Positions 35,629 through 44,830 of a DNA stretch of 64,000 bases are shown here, in pieces (position 1 is the stretch's first letter; the number at the start of each line of letters is the position of its first letter). The notes below the pieces were generated by a model, which saw nothing but the letters and a program-made list of their open reading frames with translations, did not search any database and was not told the DNA's origin. The DNA is from Thermoanaerobaculia bacterium (GTDB lineage Bacteria > Acidobacteriota > Thermoanaerobaculia > Multivoradales > UBA5704). A program made the position numbers and the translations under genes. The DNA lies in NCBI GenBank assembly GCA_036002325.1, contig DASYTJ010000087.1, forward strand, positions 149,188 to 213,187, written 5' to 3'.

Positions 35629-36489
35629 TCATTTCTTCCCGTAGTCGTAGAACCCCCGCCCGCTCTTCTTGCCCAGGCGGCCGGCGAAGACCATCTGCTT
35701 GAGGAGCGGCGGCGGCGCGAAACGCTTTTCACGGTACTCCTCGAACATGATGTTGGCGATGTAGTAGGTGGTGTCGAGGCCCACGAAGTCGAGCAGGGTG
35801 AACGGGCCCATGGGATAGCCGCAGCCGAGCTGCATCCCCTTGTCGATGTCCTCGACGCTGCCCACCCCCTCCTCCAGGGCGCGGACGGCGTCCAGCAGGT
35901 ACGGCACCAGCAGGCGGTTGACCACGAAGCCCGAGTTGTCACGGCAGGCGATGGGCTCCTTGCCGAGCGAGCGGGCGAACTCGAAGGCGCGGTCGAAGGT
36001 CTCGTTCGAGGTCAGGATGGTGCGCACCACCTCGACCAGCTTCATCACCGGCACCGGGTTGAAGAAGTGCAGGCCCACGAACCTGTCCGGCCGCCGGGTG
36101 AACATGGCCATCTGGGTGATGGTGAGGGACGACGTGTTGCTGGCGAAGATCGCGTCCTCTTTGACCACCTCGTCGAGAGCGCCGAAGGTCTTCCGCTTCT
36201 CTTCCAGGTTCTCGACGATGGCCTCCACCACGACGTCGCAGTCGGCGAGGGCGGCGAGGTCCACGGTGCCGGACAGGCGGCCGACCGCCTCGTCGCGGAC
36301 CGCCGCGTCGAGCTTGCCTTTCTCCACCGCCTTGGCGAGGGAGCCGTGGATCTTCTCGACACCCTTTTCCACCAGCTCCTCGGAGACCTCCCGCACCACC
36401 GTCTCGTAACCCGCGCGCGCGGCGACCTCGGCGATGCCCGAGCCCATCAGGCCGCAGCCGAGGACTCCCACCTTCTTGATCTTCTTCAT
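35629..36489 (-). CDS. hbd: 3-hydroxybutyryl-CoA / 3-hydroxyacyl-CoA dehydrogenase
   Basis: VGVLGCGLMGSGIA Rossmann motif with 3HCDH N- and C-terminal domains. 286 aa. Confidence 0.85.
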   Translation of the reverse strand: MKKIKKVGVLGCGLMGSGIAEVAARAGYETVVREVSEELVEKGVEKIHGSLAKAVEKGKLDAAVRDEAVGRLSGTVDLAALADCDVVVEAIVENLEEKRKTFGALDEVVKEDAIFASNTSSLTITQMAMFTRRPDRFVGLHFFNPVPVMKLVEVVRTILTSNETFDRAFEFARSLGKEPIACRDNSGFVVNRLLVPYLLDAVRALEEGVGSVEDIDKGMQLGCGYPMGPFTLLDFVGLDTTYYIANIMFEEYREKRFAPPPLLKQMVFAGRLGKKSGRGFYDYGKK

Positions 36490-36550
36490 CGAACCCTCCT
36501 ATCTGGATCTCAATTCGTGATAGTTCAGTTGCTCGTTGGACTTCGGCGGG

Positions 36551-36716
36551 CATGCCCTCCGAAGCCTCACCCCCTGTCCCCCTCTCCCTGACGGGCGAGG
36601 GGGGACGCCCAGGAGGGCGATTGCCCAAAAAGTAGGCCCCCCTATCGGCAAGGAGGTTGTGGATCGTCCCCCCTCGCCCGTCAGGGAGAGGGGGACAGGG
36701 GGTGAGGCTTCGAAGC
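36551..36716. repeat. Long-armed palindromic repeat element, copy A (~50-bp arms, ~60-bp loop)
   Basis: Left arm CCCTCCGAAGCCTCACCCCCTGTCCCCCTCTCCCTGACGGGCGAGGGGGGA (36555-36605) and its reverse complement (36666-36714). A near-identical element lies at 62155-62352, with homologous loop sequences (GATTGCCnAAAAAGGTAGGCC). Confidence 0.8.
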
Positions 36717-36750
36717 GTAAACCCGTCCGCAGTCCCGATCCTACTGAATC

Positions 36751-37191
36751 CTAACTGCCATGTTGTGTCTCCAGGATCTCCCTTCCCTCTTCTCCCGCGA
36801 GCCGCGCCAGCTTCAGCGCCGCGGCGCCGGGCACCGCGAAGGGCAGGCGCTCGGCCCATTCCACCACCTTCACGCCGGGCCCGGCCAGCAGCTCCTCCAG
36901 GCCCAGCGCGGCGGCCTCCCCGGAGTCCAGCCGGTAGAGATCGACATGCACCAGACGCCCGCCCTTTCCCCGATGTTCGCGGATGAGGTTGAACGTGGGC
37001 GACTGCACCTCGCGGGGATCGATCCCCAGGCCTTCGCCGATTCCTCGTGTCAAGACCGTCTTACCGCTGCCCAGATCGCCCGAGAGCAGGAGGACGCCGT
37101 CCGGCGACAGCTCCCGCGCGAGGTCCATCCCCAGAGCGCGGGTCTCCTCTTCGCTGCGGGTAAGCCAGCGCCTCAAGGGCGCGCTCCTAAC
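36751..37191 (-). CDS. tsaE: tRNA threonylcarbamoyladenosine biosynthesis protein TsaE
   Basis: P-loop GDLGSGKT, SPTFNLIREH, and VHVDLYRL. A probable GTG start at 37191 abuts the nnr stop. The ORF-track start is 37230. Confidence 0.75.
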   Translation of the reverse strand, partial: VRSAPLRRWLTRSEEETRALGMDLARELSPDGVLLLSGDLGSGKTVLTRGIGEGLGIDPREVQSPTFNLIREHRGKGGRLVHVDLYRLDSGEAAALGLEELLAGPGVKVVEWAERLPFAVPGAAALKLARLAGEEGREILETQHGS

Positions 37192-38812
37192 GCAGCCGCG
37201 GCCGCCGTCCGTGGCCGCGCTCGGGGGCATGCTCGTGGCCTGCCTCCGTCTCCTCCTCGCCGGCGGTCTTGAGCTCGGCGAAGGCGGCAGGCAGGATTTC
37301 GATCAGATCGCCGGCGGCGAGGGGGATTTCGCCCAGACGGCCCGCGGCGAGATCGCCCGCCAAGCCATGGAGGTAAACGGCGGCGACTGTGGCGTCGAGA
37401 GCGTCGAGGCCTTGCGCCAGCAGGCCGGCGATCAGGCCGGTCAGCACGTCGCCGGTGCCGCCGGTCGCCATCCCCGGATTGCCCGTGGGGTTGACGAACA
37501 CCGCCGTGCCGGAGGCGACCAGGGTGAGGTGCCCCTTGAGCACGACGATGGCACCCGTCTCCTCGGCCGCGCCGCGAGCCGCCGCCACCCGGTCTTCCTG
37601 GATCTGCGAGGTCGAGATGCCGAGCAGGCGCCCCAGCTCGCCGGGATGCGGCGTCAGGATGGTCTCCGCCCGCCGGCCGGCCAGCTCGCCGGCGCGGCCG
37701 GCGAAGGCGTTGAGGCCGTCGGCGTCGAGCACCAGCGGCAGCGGACACTCGAGGGCGATGCGGCGAATGGCTGCCGCCGTGGCCGGCTCCTGTCCCAGGC
37801 CCGGTCCCATGGCGAGCACCGCCTTGCCCTCGGCCGCATCGAGCAGGACGTCCGCGGCCCGCTCGGCGATCTGGCCCGCGGCGCCCGCCGGCAGCCCCAA
37901 GGTCATCGACTCGACGGAGCCGAGGTCCACCGTCTGCAGAATCGGCTCCGGCACCGCCGCCGTCACCAGACCGGCGCCCGCGCGCACGGCGGCGCGCGCG
38001 GCGAGGATGGCGGCACCCGCTTTGCCGGGAGATCCCGCCGCGATCAGCGCGTGCCCATAGTCCCCCTTGTGCGAGCCGGGCTCGCGCTCCGGCAGCAGGT
38101 CGGCGAGCTCCTCGCCCATCAGCAGGTGGAGGTCTCCCGTCTCCTCTTCCACCTCCTCCACCAACCGCGGCGGAATCCCCAGATCCGTCACCACCATCTC
38201 GCCCACCGCGTCCGCCGCCGGCGGGAAGACGTGCGCCACTTTGGGAGCGGCAAAGGTCACCGTGAGGTCGGCCTGGACGTGCGGGCCGATCGGCCGCGAC
38301 TGGCTGCCCGCGAGGCCGCTCGGCAGGTCCACGGCCACACAGGGCGCCGGTAAGGTGTTGATGGCTTCCACGACCTGCGCGAACAGCCCCTCCAGAGGCC
38401 GGCCGAGCCCCGTTCCGAACAGCGCGTCGACCACCAGGTCGCACTCGGCCGCCGCCTCGACCGCCGGCGCCAGGCCCTCCTCGGAAGAGACCTCGAGGAT
38501 GGGAAGCTCGGCCTGGCGGCAGATCCCGAGCTGCACCGCGGCGTCGCCGGAGAGCTCACGGCCGCCGGTAACCAGAAAGACCCGCACCTCCCAGCCGCGC
38601 ACCGCGAGGTGGCGCGCCACCGCCAGACCGTCGCCGCCGTTGTTGCCCGGCCCGCAGAAGACCGCCGCCGACTCGGCGTCGCCGAAAGCGCGGCCCATGG
38701 CCTCAACCACTCCGATGGCGGCGTTTTCCATCAGCACGAGGCTGGGCACGCCGAGATCCTCGATGGCGGCGCGGTCGACCTCGCGCATCGCTTCAGCGGA
38801 GAGGATCCTCAC
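37187..38812 (-). CDS. nnr: Bifunctional NAD(P)H-hydrate repair enzyme Nnr (epimerase + ADP-dependent dehydratase)
   Basis: YjeF-N (GPGNNGGDGL) and YjeF-C/carbohydrate kinase regions (GSPGKAGAAILAARAA, GMATGGTGDVLTG). The start is GTG ~38812 or ATG 38842. Confidence 0.85.
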   Translation of the reverse strand: MRILSAEAMREVDRAAIEDLGVPSLVLMENAAIGVVEAMGRAFGDAESAAVFCGPGNNGGDGLAVARHLAVRGWEVRVFLVTGGRELSGDAAVQLGICRQAELPILEVSSEEGLAPAVEAAAECDLVVDALFGTGLGRPLEGLFAQVVEAINTLPAPCVAVDLPSGLAGSQSRPIGPHVQADLTVTFAAPKVAHVFPPAADAVGEMVVTDLGIPPRLVEEVEEETGDLHLLMGEELADLLPEREPGSHKGDYGHALIAAGSPGKAGAAILAARAAVRAGAGLVTAAVPEPILQTVDLGSVESMTLGLPAGAAGQIAERAADVLLDAAEGKAVLAMGPGLGQEPATAAAIRRIALECPLPLVLDADGLNAFAGRAGELAGRRAETILTPHPGELGRLLGISTSQIQEDRVAAARGAAEETGAIVVLKGHLTLVASGTAVFVNPTGNPGMATGGTGDVLTGLIAGLLAQGLDALDATVAAVYLHGLAGDLAAGRLGEIPLAAGDLIEILPAAFAELKTAGEEETEAGHEHAPERGHGRRPRLR

Positions 38813-39489
38813 GCCGCACCCTTCACCGGCAGCCGCCCCCAAGCCGCGAGCAACTCGCGAGTTCGCGGACAGCCGAGGTCGCCATGAATCATCTCCTCGA
38901 CCAGACGGCGCAGGTCTTCCGGGGTGTCCACGTCCGTCGCTATCGGCAGCAGCTCGGTCGCGAGGCCCAGCTCGCGGCAGCGTTCGAGCGTCGCCGGCAG
39001 CACTTGCTCAGTGCTCCAGGCGATCTCCGCGAAAAGGCGCCGGGAGACCGCACCAGCGCGGAGGGCGATCAGGTAATAACCGCCGTCTTCGGCGGGGCCG
39101 AGCACGACGTCGGCGCCGGCTTCCACCTTCTCGAAGGCGAGGTGCACCATCGCCAGCGGCAGGGTGGGATGATCGCTGCCGAGGGCCGCCACGGCGGCGG
39201 CCTCCGCCGCCGCCGCGGAAAGAGCGCGATAGAGGCGCTCGCCGAGGTCCCTTCCCTCCTGGCGGATTCCCGGCGCCGGTTCTGACGGCACCTCCTCCGC
39301 CGGCTCGAGCGCCCAGGCGAGTCGCAGCTCGAAGTCGCCTCCCCGCAGCCGTGCGAGCAGATCCGCGAGGAACGCGGCGTGCAGCTCCGCTGCCTCGGCG
39401 GCGGTAAGATCGCCGATCAAGCGAGTCTTGACCCGCCCCTCCCGGGCAGGTTTGGTGAAGAGCAGCAGGCGGCGGGAAGAGGCGGACAC
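38809..39489 (-). CDS. DUF2064 family (TIGR04282-like, GT-A fold) protein
   Basis: N-terminus MSASSRRLLLFTKPAREGRVKTRL matches the conserved DUF2064 start. Confidence 0.55.
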   Translation of the reverse strand: MSASSRRLLLFTKPAREGRVKTRLIGDLTAAEAAELHAAFLADLLARLRGGDFELRLAWALEPAEEVPSEPAPGIRQEGRDLGERLYRALSAAAAEAAAVAALGSDHPTLPLAMVHLAFEKVEAGADVVLGPAEDGGYYLIALRAGAVSRRLFAEIAWSTEQVLPATLERCRELGLATELLPIATDVDTPEDLRRLVEEMIHGDLGCPRTRELLAAWGRLPVKGAA

Positions 39490-39497
39490 GGGCGGGA

Positions 39498-40277
39498 TTG
39501 TATCTGATGATTCTGACCCTCCTCACCGACTTCGGCACCGAGGACTACTACGTCGCCGCGGTGAAGGGCACCGTCCTGAGGCTCGCGCCGGGAACAGCGC
39601 TGGTCGACGTATCGCACCAGGTGCCGCCCGGCGACATCGAGACCGCCGCCTTCCTGCTCGCCGCGGCGGCGCCCGCCTTCCCGGCCGGAACCGTGCACCT
39701 CGCGATCGTCGATCCGGGCGTGGGCAGCGGCCGGCGCATCCTCGCGGCGCGGACCTCCTCGGCCTGGTTCGTGGCGCCGGACAACGGGCTCCTGACTCCG
39801 GTGCTGAAGGAGGCGGTCTCCATCCGCTCGGTCGAGAAAGGCGACCTCTTCCTGGCCGGCCCGGGCGAGACCTTCCATGGCCGGGACCGCTTCGCCCCGG
39901 TGGCCGCGTGGCTGCTGCGCGGCGAGCCGGAGGCGGAGCTGGGACCGGAGATCGGCGACCCCAGGCAGCTTTCATGGCCGCGGCCGGGCCGGCAGCCGGG
40001 ACGGCTCTCGGGGCGGGTGATCCACGTCGACCGCTACGGCAACCTGGTGACCGACATCCCCGCCGCGTGGCTGCCCTCCGGTCCCTGCCGCGCGGAGGTG
40101 GCGGGACGGGCAGCCCAACGCCGGGCCAGCCACTACGCCGAGATTCCCGCCGGCGAGGCGGCCCTGCTCCCCGGCTCTCTGGGCACCGTCGAGCTGTCGC
40201 TGAACGGCGACGACCTGTCACGCCGGTGGCAAGTCAGCCGGGGAGCCGCCGTCGAAATCCTATGGAACGAATCTTGA
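39498..40277 (+). CDS. SAM hydroxide adenosyltransferase family protein (DUF62; chlorinase/fluorinase superfamily)
   Basis: MILTLLTDFGTEDYYVAAVKG... HVDRYGNLVTD. A conserved N-terminal SAM-binding TDFG motif and a C-terminal barrel. Confidence 0.7.
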   Translation: MYLMILTLLTDFGTEDYYVAAVKGTVLRLAPGTALVDVSHQVPPGDIETAAFLLAAAAPAFPAGTVHLAIVDPGVGSGRRILAARTSSAWFVAPDNGLLTPVLKEAVSIRSVEKGDLFLAGPGETFHGRDRFAPVAAWLLRGEPEAELGPEIGDPRQLSWPRPGRQPGRLSGRVIHVDRYGNLVTDIPAAWLPSGPCRAEVAGRAAQRRASHYAEIPAGEAALLPGSLGTVELSLNGDDLSRRWQVSRGAAVEILWNES

Positions 40278-40403
40278 AGGGAAGTCTGGAGCGCCGTCAT
40301 CGTGTGTGCAAAACGGTGACGGTTGTTTCAGGGTTTCGGCTACAATGGGCGAGAGTCCGAGGCCGCGTGTGCCCGAGTGATCTGTGGGAAGGAGCGTGTG
40401 GCC

Positions 40404-40592
40404 ATGACCAAGTGGGAGTACAAGATCATCAACATTCGCAGCGAAAACTACCGCCTCGATCCGAACGCCGCAACGCAGCTCAACCAACTGGGCGAGGAGG
40501 GCTGGGAGCTCGTTTCGATCACCTCCGTCAATTTCAAGACCGGCGCGACCGACAACATCGCCATGGTCTTCAAGCGGCCCGTCGCCGGCTGA
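40404..40592 (+). CDS. DUF4177-like small protein
   Basis: MTKWEYKIINIRSENYRLDP...LGEEGWELVSI. GGAAGGAG lies upstream. 62 aa. Confidence 0.45.
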   Translation: MTKWEYKIINIRSENYRLDPNAATQLNQLGEEGWELVSITSVNFKTGATDNIAMVFKRPVAG

Positions 40593-40608
40593 CCGCCGAG
40601 CACCGCCT

Positions 40609-40827
40609 CTACCGCTTGAGCTTCTTGCGCCGCCGGCCGCGGCGCAGCGCCAGCGCGAACCCTGCGGCGCCGACCGCCACCGCCATCAACAAGTACTTTC
40701 GTTTCGGAAAAAGGCCCACCTCGGTCTGAACCGCGGTACGTACCTCGGAGAGCCGCTGCTCTGCCGCGCGGCGGCTCTCCTCCAAGCGGCGCTCGGCCTC
40801 GCGACGGGCCTCTTCCAAGCGGCTCAT
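40609..40827 (-). CDS. Small coiled-coil, C-terminally membrane-anchored protein (ElaB/YqjD/DUF883-like)
   Basis: 72 aa with a charged coiled-coil N-terminus and a single C-terminal TM helix (LLMAVAVGAAGFALAL). Typical partner of the holin-like gene immediately upstream. Confidence 0.45.
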   Translation of the reverse strand: MSRLEEARREAERRLEESRRAAEQRLSEVRTAVQTEVGLFPKRKYLLMAVAVGAAGFALALRRGRRRKKLKR

Positions 40828-41279
40828 GGCAGATCCCTCCCCAGCGGTTCCCCGCCCTCAGCGACGGGCTCAACATCCAGCGCCTTGGGCTGCGCCAGCA
40901 GCCCGTGCTGCCACCAGTCGAGATGACTGTCCACCCGCCGCCGCACGGTCTCGACGGGGTTCTCGACCTTGCGCAGCCGGGTGACGCCAAGCCAGGCCAG
41001 CAGACCCGTCGTCAGCAGGAAGAGCAGCAGCACGGCCAGGGAAGCTCCCCACCACGGCAGCCAGATATGGAGCAGCGCGATCAGGACGAACAGCAGGAGG
41101 CCGACGATCCAGAACAGCAGGATCAGGGCGGCGCCCAGCAGCCCCAGCGCCGAACCCAGATAGCGGCCGGAGCGATGAAAATCCTCCTGCAGCGTGGCCA
41201 GCTCCGCCCGCCAGACTTCCAGCAGCGATTCGCCCAGCGCGCGAATCAGTTCGATCCAGCCTGCCATCCCGCCCCCCAT
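40824..41279 (-). CDS. Phage-holin-family (YqjE-like, 3-TM) membrane protein
   Basis: 151 aa with three hydrophobic helices. Overlaps the next gene by 4 bp. Confidence 0.45.
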   Translation of the reverse strand: MGGGMAGWIELIRALGESLLEVWRAELATLQEDFHRSGRYLGSALGLLGAALILLFWIVGLLLFVLIALLHIWLPWWGASLAVLLLFLLTTGLLAWLGVTRLRKVENPVETVRRRVDSHLDWWQHGLLAQPKALDVEPVAEGGEPLGRDLP

Positions 41280-41290
41280 TTCCCCAATGT

Positions 41291-43054
41291 TCAGCGGCCG
41301 ACGCTCAGCCCGCGGCTGACGAAGGAGGCCTGCGCCGCGACGTCGTCACGCACCCCCACCGATACTCGCTGGTCGCCGCCGCGCATCAGCAGGGTCACTG
41401 AGTAGACGAATTGCTTGTCCTTGGCGGCGGCGATCTCGGCCTTGGGAATGCTGATCGGCACTGGCGCCTGCTGCACGTCCGAGGTGCGGCCGCCCGAGTC
41501 TACGGCGGCGACGAACAGGCGTACCTTGGCGTCCTCCGTCTGCTCCCGCGGCACCAGCACCAGCTTGCCGATCGGGATGCGCACCATCACCGGCACCAGA
41601 TAGTAGCCGTCGTCCCGCGGCTTCGGTTGACCGAACTCCAGAGAGACGCCGAGGGGGTTCTCCTCGAACGGGAAGTTCAGGGCAGCCAGCGTGCCGTCGG
41701 TCATCCGGGCATCCGTGCTCTTGTCGCGGTAGCCCTCCCGGTGCCGCACCGCCAGGTCCTTGCGATTCTTCACCTTCACTTCGATCTTGTAATAGCGGCC
41801 GTCGCCGTAGTGATTCGGCGTGTAGCCCAGCGAGTAATAGGTGTTGAAGTCGCGGGCGATGGTCTCGAGCTGCGGCATGACGACGTTGGTGTTGATAATC
41901 GCCTTGCCACCCGTCTTCTCGGCCAGGAGCTGAAGGGTGCTCTGCAGGTTCGAGAAGCGCACCGAATCGATGAGCTGCGAAAGGCCCGGCGCGTTGGTCG
42001 TGCCCCGGTTCTCGGCGGTGACCGACTCGTAGGCGCGCAGGCCCGCGGCGTCGATCGTGTAGAAGGTGACACGGTTGGCGTTCGCCTGGGCCGCCAGCTC
42101 GTTGAGGCGCCGCGAGACGTCGAACTCCAGCGTCTGCGTGAGGCTGGTGCTCTGGTCGCTGTATTTGTTCAGCACGGCGTAGAAGACGTCCTGGCCGGCG
42201 ATCATCTGCAGGCCGTCGCTCACGTACACCACCGCCTTGCGCCCGGGCATGCCGGCCAGGGCGTCGATCATCTTCTTCAAGGCGTCGATGGAGAACTGCA
42301 GGTCATTGTAGGTGGACTGGGCGTAGGTACGAGCGTAGCCTTCGGCCTCGGCGACCGTCTGCGAATCCTCGATCCGCTGCAGCGTGTCGCGGCGCTCCGA
42401 GTCGGCGTGTACGCCCTGGGCAGAGATCGTCTCCAGCTCGTTCATTGCAGCAGCGATGAGGCTCGCATCGCTGGTGAAGGTGCGCCGGATGTGCAGCTCG
42501 CGGTCGTAGGTCACCAGCATGAGCTGATCGTCCTTGCCCAGCTTCTGGCCGATGAAGGCGCGCAGCTCGCGCATCACGCGGTTGCGGTTGAACGGCCGCA
42601 GATTGAAGTTGTCGATGTAGATGACCAGCCGCAGCCGCTGGTCCTCCGGAGTTCGCACCGTCTCGAGCGTCGGTGGCGCGGGCGCCGGCGGCGCTCCGGG
42701 AGCGGCAGGTGCCGGCGCGGCCGCGACTTCCTCGGGAGGAGTCGTGGCCTTGCCGGCGTTGACGGCGTAGAAGTTGGTGATCTCCACCGGCCGGCCGTTC
42801 TCGAAGATCTGGAAGTCTTCCCGGCGCAAGCCGGTGACCGGCTTGCCCTGCTTGTCGGTGACGAAGACGTCGACGTTGACGACGCTGACGTTGACGATAT
42901 CGATGAACGGCTCCTGATCCGTCTGGGCGGCGGCGGGCGCCGCCGGCTTGTCGATCTGACCGGGCTTGCGCATCTGAGCGCCGGCCGCGGTCAGCGAGCC
43001 TGCGGCCGCCAGGAGCAGCCAACCTGCTGTAAGAAAACGCTGCGATGAGCTCAT
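41291..43054 (-). CDS. VWFA-related Acidobacterial domain protein (TIGR03436), paralog 1
   Basis: Signal peptide; conserved FIDIVNVSVVNVDVFVTDKQGKPVTGLRREDFQIFENG N-terminal module, then a VWA-like region (LVIYIDN...AVVYVSDG). Confidence 0.75.
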   Translation of the reverse strand: MSSSQRFLTAGWLLLAAAGSLTAAGAQMRKPGQIDKPAAPAAAQTDQEPFIDIVNVSVVNVDVFVTDKQGKPVTGLRREDFQIFENGRPVEITNFYAVNAGKATTPPEEVAAAPAPAAPGAPPAPAPPTLETVRTPEDQRLRLVIYIDNFNLRPFNRNRVMRELRAFIGQKLGKDDQLMLVTYDRELHIRRTFTSDASLIAAAMNELETISAQGVHADSERRDTLQRIEDSQTVAEAEGYARTYAQSTYNDLQFSIDALKKMIDALAGMPGRKAVVYVSDGLQMIAGQDVFYAVLNKYSDQSTSLTQTLEFDVSRRLNELAAQANANRVTFYTIDAAGLRAYESVTAENRGTTNAPGLSQLIDSVRFSNLQSTLQLLAEKTGGKAIINTNVVMPQLETIARDFNTYYSLGYTPNHYGDGRYYKIEVKVKNRKDLAVRHREGYRDKSTDARMTDGTLAALNFPFEENPLGVSLEFGQPKPRDDGYYLVPVMVRIPIGKLVLVPREQTEDAKVRLFVAAVDSGGRTSDVQQAPVPISIPKAEIAAAKDKQFVYSVTLLMRGGDQRVSVGVRDDVAAQASFVSRGLSVGR

Positions 43055-43106
43055 AGACCTCTTTCCTTCCCGACTCTGTCCGGCGCCGATTATACGGGAC
43101 GAGCGC

Positions 43107-44759
43107 TCACTTGGCCGGCGGTACGACTTCGATCGATCCCGTGAGGATCTTGCCGCTCAAAGGATCGAAGATCGCCAGCGTCAGGCGATGCGGCAGCCGT
43201 CGCAGCTTGAGCCGGGTCTCGTAGCGAATCGATGCTCCTGCCTGCGGCTGGGTGTCGGAGCGCAGCGTCACCGGGATGACCGGCACGGCCGAGCGGCTGC
43301 CGCTGGTAGCCACGGCGGCCACCCGCAGCTCCAGCTCGGCCGCATACTTGCCGTCCAGCGGCACGAAAGTGACCGCGTCCACGGGGATCGCCAGGACGAT
43401 CGGAACCTGCATCTCCCGGCGTCCCGAGGCCACCGGCTGTCCCGCCTGGATGGCCAGCGGCACCGAGTCGGGCGCGCCGCCGAAGAGCATGGCGCTCTCC
43501 ACCATCATCGAGGTCTCGGCCTTGCGCGAGAGGTCGAGGAAATCCTCCCGCGAGCGGACCTTGAATCCCGGCTTCAGCACCTCCACCACCACTTTGTGGC
43601 GTTTGTCGTTGCCCTGCCAGGAAGGCGTGAAGCCGAGCCAGTAGTAGGACCGCGTATCGGAGTCCACCACCTGCAGCAGCTCGCTGCTCTGCGAGTTCAG
43701 CAGCGCCTTGCCGCCGGTCTGGGCGGCGGTGAACTGCAGTGATGCCTGGTGCTCCTGTTCGCGGATGTTGATCCCGCCGGGCAGCGGTCCGGCGAGGGCG
43801 GCGTCGGCCACCGCGGCTTCCACCCCCGGCACGTCCACCGGGTAGATGGTGTAGCCGAGGCGATTGGCCGTGTCCACCAGCGGCCGGAAGATGTCCTCGC
43901 CGCGCGGCACGTCACGGTCGAGAATGGGCCGGTTCGGGTTGTTGACCACATAGTCGGCGGGCGAGAACGGCCAACCGCCGGCCAGCAGCAGCATCACCTT
44001 GCGCCCAGGAGGCGAGGCGAAGCCGCGCAGCGTGCTCGCCGCCGCCGCCACCGCCCGTTCGGTCTGGGCCGACAGCCGGTCCGCGTACTCCAGCTCTTCG
44101 ATGTCGAGCCGCTGCGCGAACGCCGAACGGGGACCCGGCTCGAAGGTCACTCCCGCGACGCGCCGCGAGGCCTCGAAGCTCCGCAGCTCCGCCAGGCGAG
44201 CGACGCCGAATGCACGGCGGCCGATGGCCTGCTCGATCGCCTGTCCGAGCTGCCGCTGGGAGTTCGTCCAGCTCGACAGCATGTCGACCCCGCCGCCGTC
44301 GTAGGCCACGATCGCCATGCGGTCTTCCGGCGCCAGCCGGGAGAGCTGCCCCTTGAGATCGCGCAGCACCTCGTCCCGGCGCGGACCGATCGAGAAGTAG
44401 TCGTCGATGAACACGAGATAGCTGTTGCCGACGGGGCTCCCCGGAGCCAGGCTCGGCAGACCGTGTACCGTCTCCTCCGCCGCGTCCAGGGCGATCGCCT
44501 GGCCGCCCCGCACCTCGTTGAAGTACTCGACGGGAACCGTCTTGCCGTCCACCTTGAGGCGGAAGTCGCCCGGCTTCAGACCCTGCACCCGGTTACCCTG
44601 CTTGTCGGTGACCACCGCCTCGACGTTGACCACCCGCACTTCGATCTGCTCGCCGAAGACGCCCGACGGCTGCTCGGCCGGCGGCTGCTGGGCGAAGCCC
44701 GGCGCCAGCGCCGCGAGCAGCAGCACCGTGATCGGCAAATTCCTAGAGTGGATTTTCAT
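43107..44759 (-). CDS. VWFA-related Acidobacterial domain protein (TIGR03436), paralog 2
   Basis: MKIHSRNLPITVLLLAALAPGFAQQ signal, then IEVRVVNVEAVVTDKQGNRVQGLKPGDFRLKVDG. The ORF-track start at 44801 is probably an over-extension. Confidence 0.75.
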   Translation of the reverse strand: MKIHSRNLPITVLLLAALAPGFAQQPPAEQPSGVFGEQIEVRVVNVEAVVTDKQGNRVQGLKPGDFRLKVDGKTVPVEYFNEVRGGQAIALDAAEETVHGLPSLAPGSPVGNSYLVFIDDYFSIGPRRDEVLRDLKGQLSRLAPEDRMAIVAYDGGGVDMLSSWTNSQRQLGQAIEQAIGRRAFGVARLAELRSFEASRRVAGVTFEPGPRSAFAQRLDIEELEYADRLSAQTERAVAAAASTLRGFASPPGRKVMLLLAGGWPFSPADYVVNNPNRPILDRDVPRGEDIFRPLVDTANRLGYTIYPVDVPGVEAAVADAALAGPLPGGINIREQEHQASLQFTAAQTGGKALLNSQSSELLQVVDSDTRSYYWLGFTPSWQGNDKRHKVVVEVLKPGFKVRSREDFLDLSRKAETSMMVESAMLFGGAPDSVPLAIQAGQPVASGRREMQVPIVLAIPVDAVTFVPLDGKYAAELELRVAAVATSGSRSAVPVIPVTLRSDTQPQAGASIRYETRLKLRRLPHRLTLAIFDPLSGKILTGSIEVVPPAK

Positions 44760-44830
44760 TCCGGATTTTCTCCATTCTGCCTGTCCACAACAACGCAACA
44801 ACCCGCAGCCGTCATTTCTTTCTCAGGCGC

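Noticed and set aside
37173-39538. 423-aa and 176-aa minus ORFs and the 446-aa + ORF across nnr/DUF2064
   Set aside because: Out-of-frame or antisense shadows. The nnr frame carries clear YjeF-N and YjeF-C motifs.
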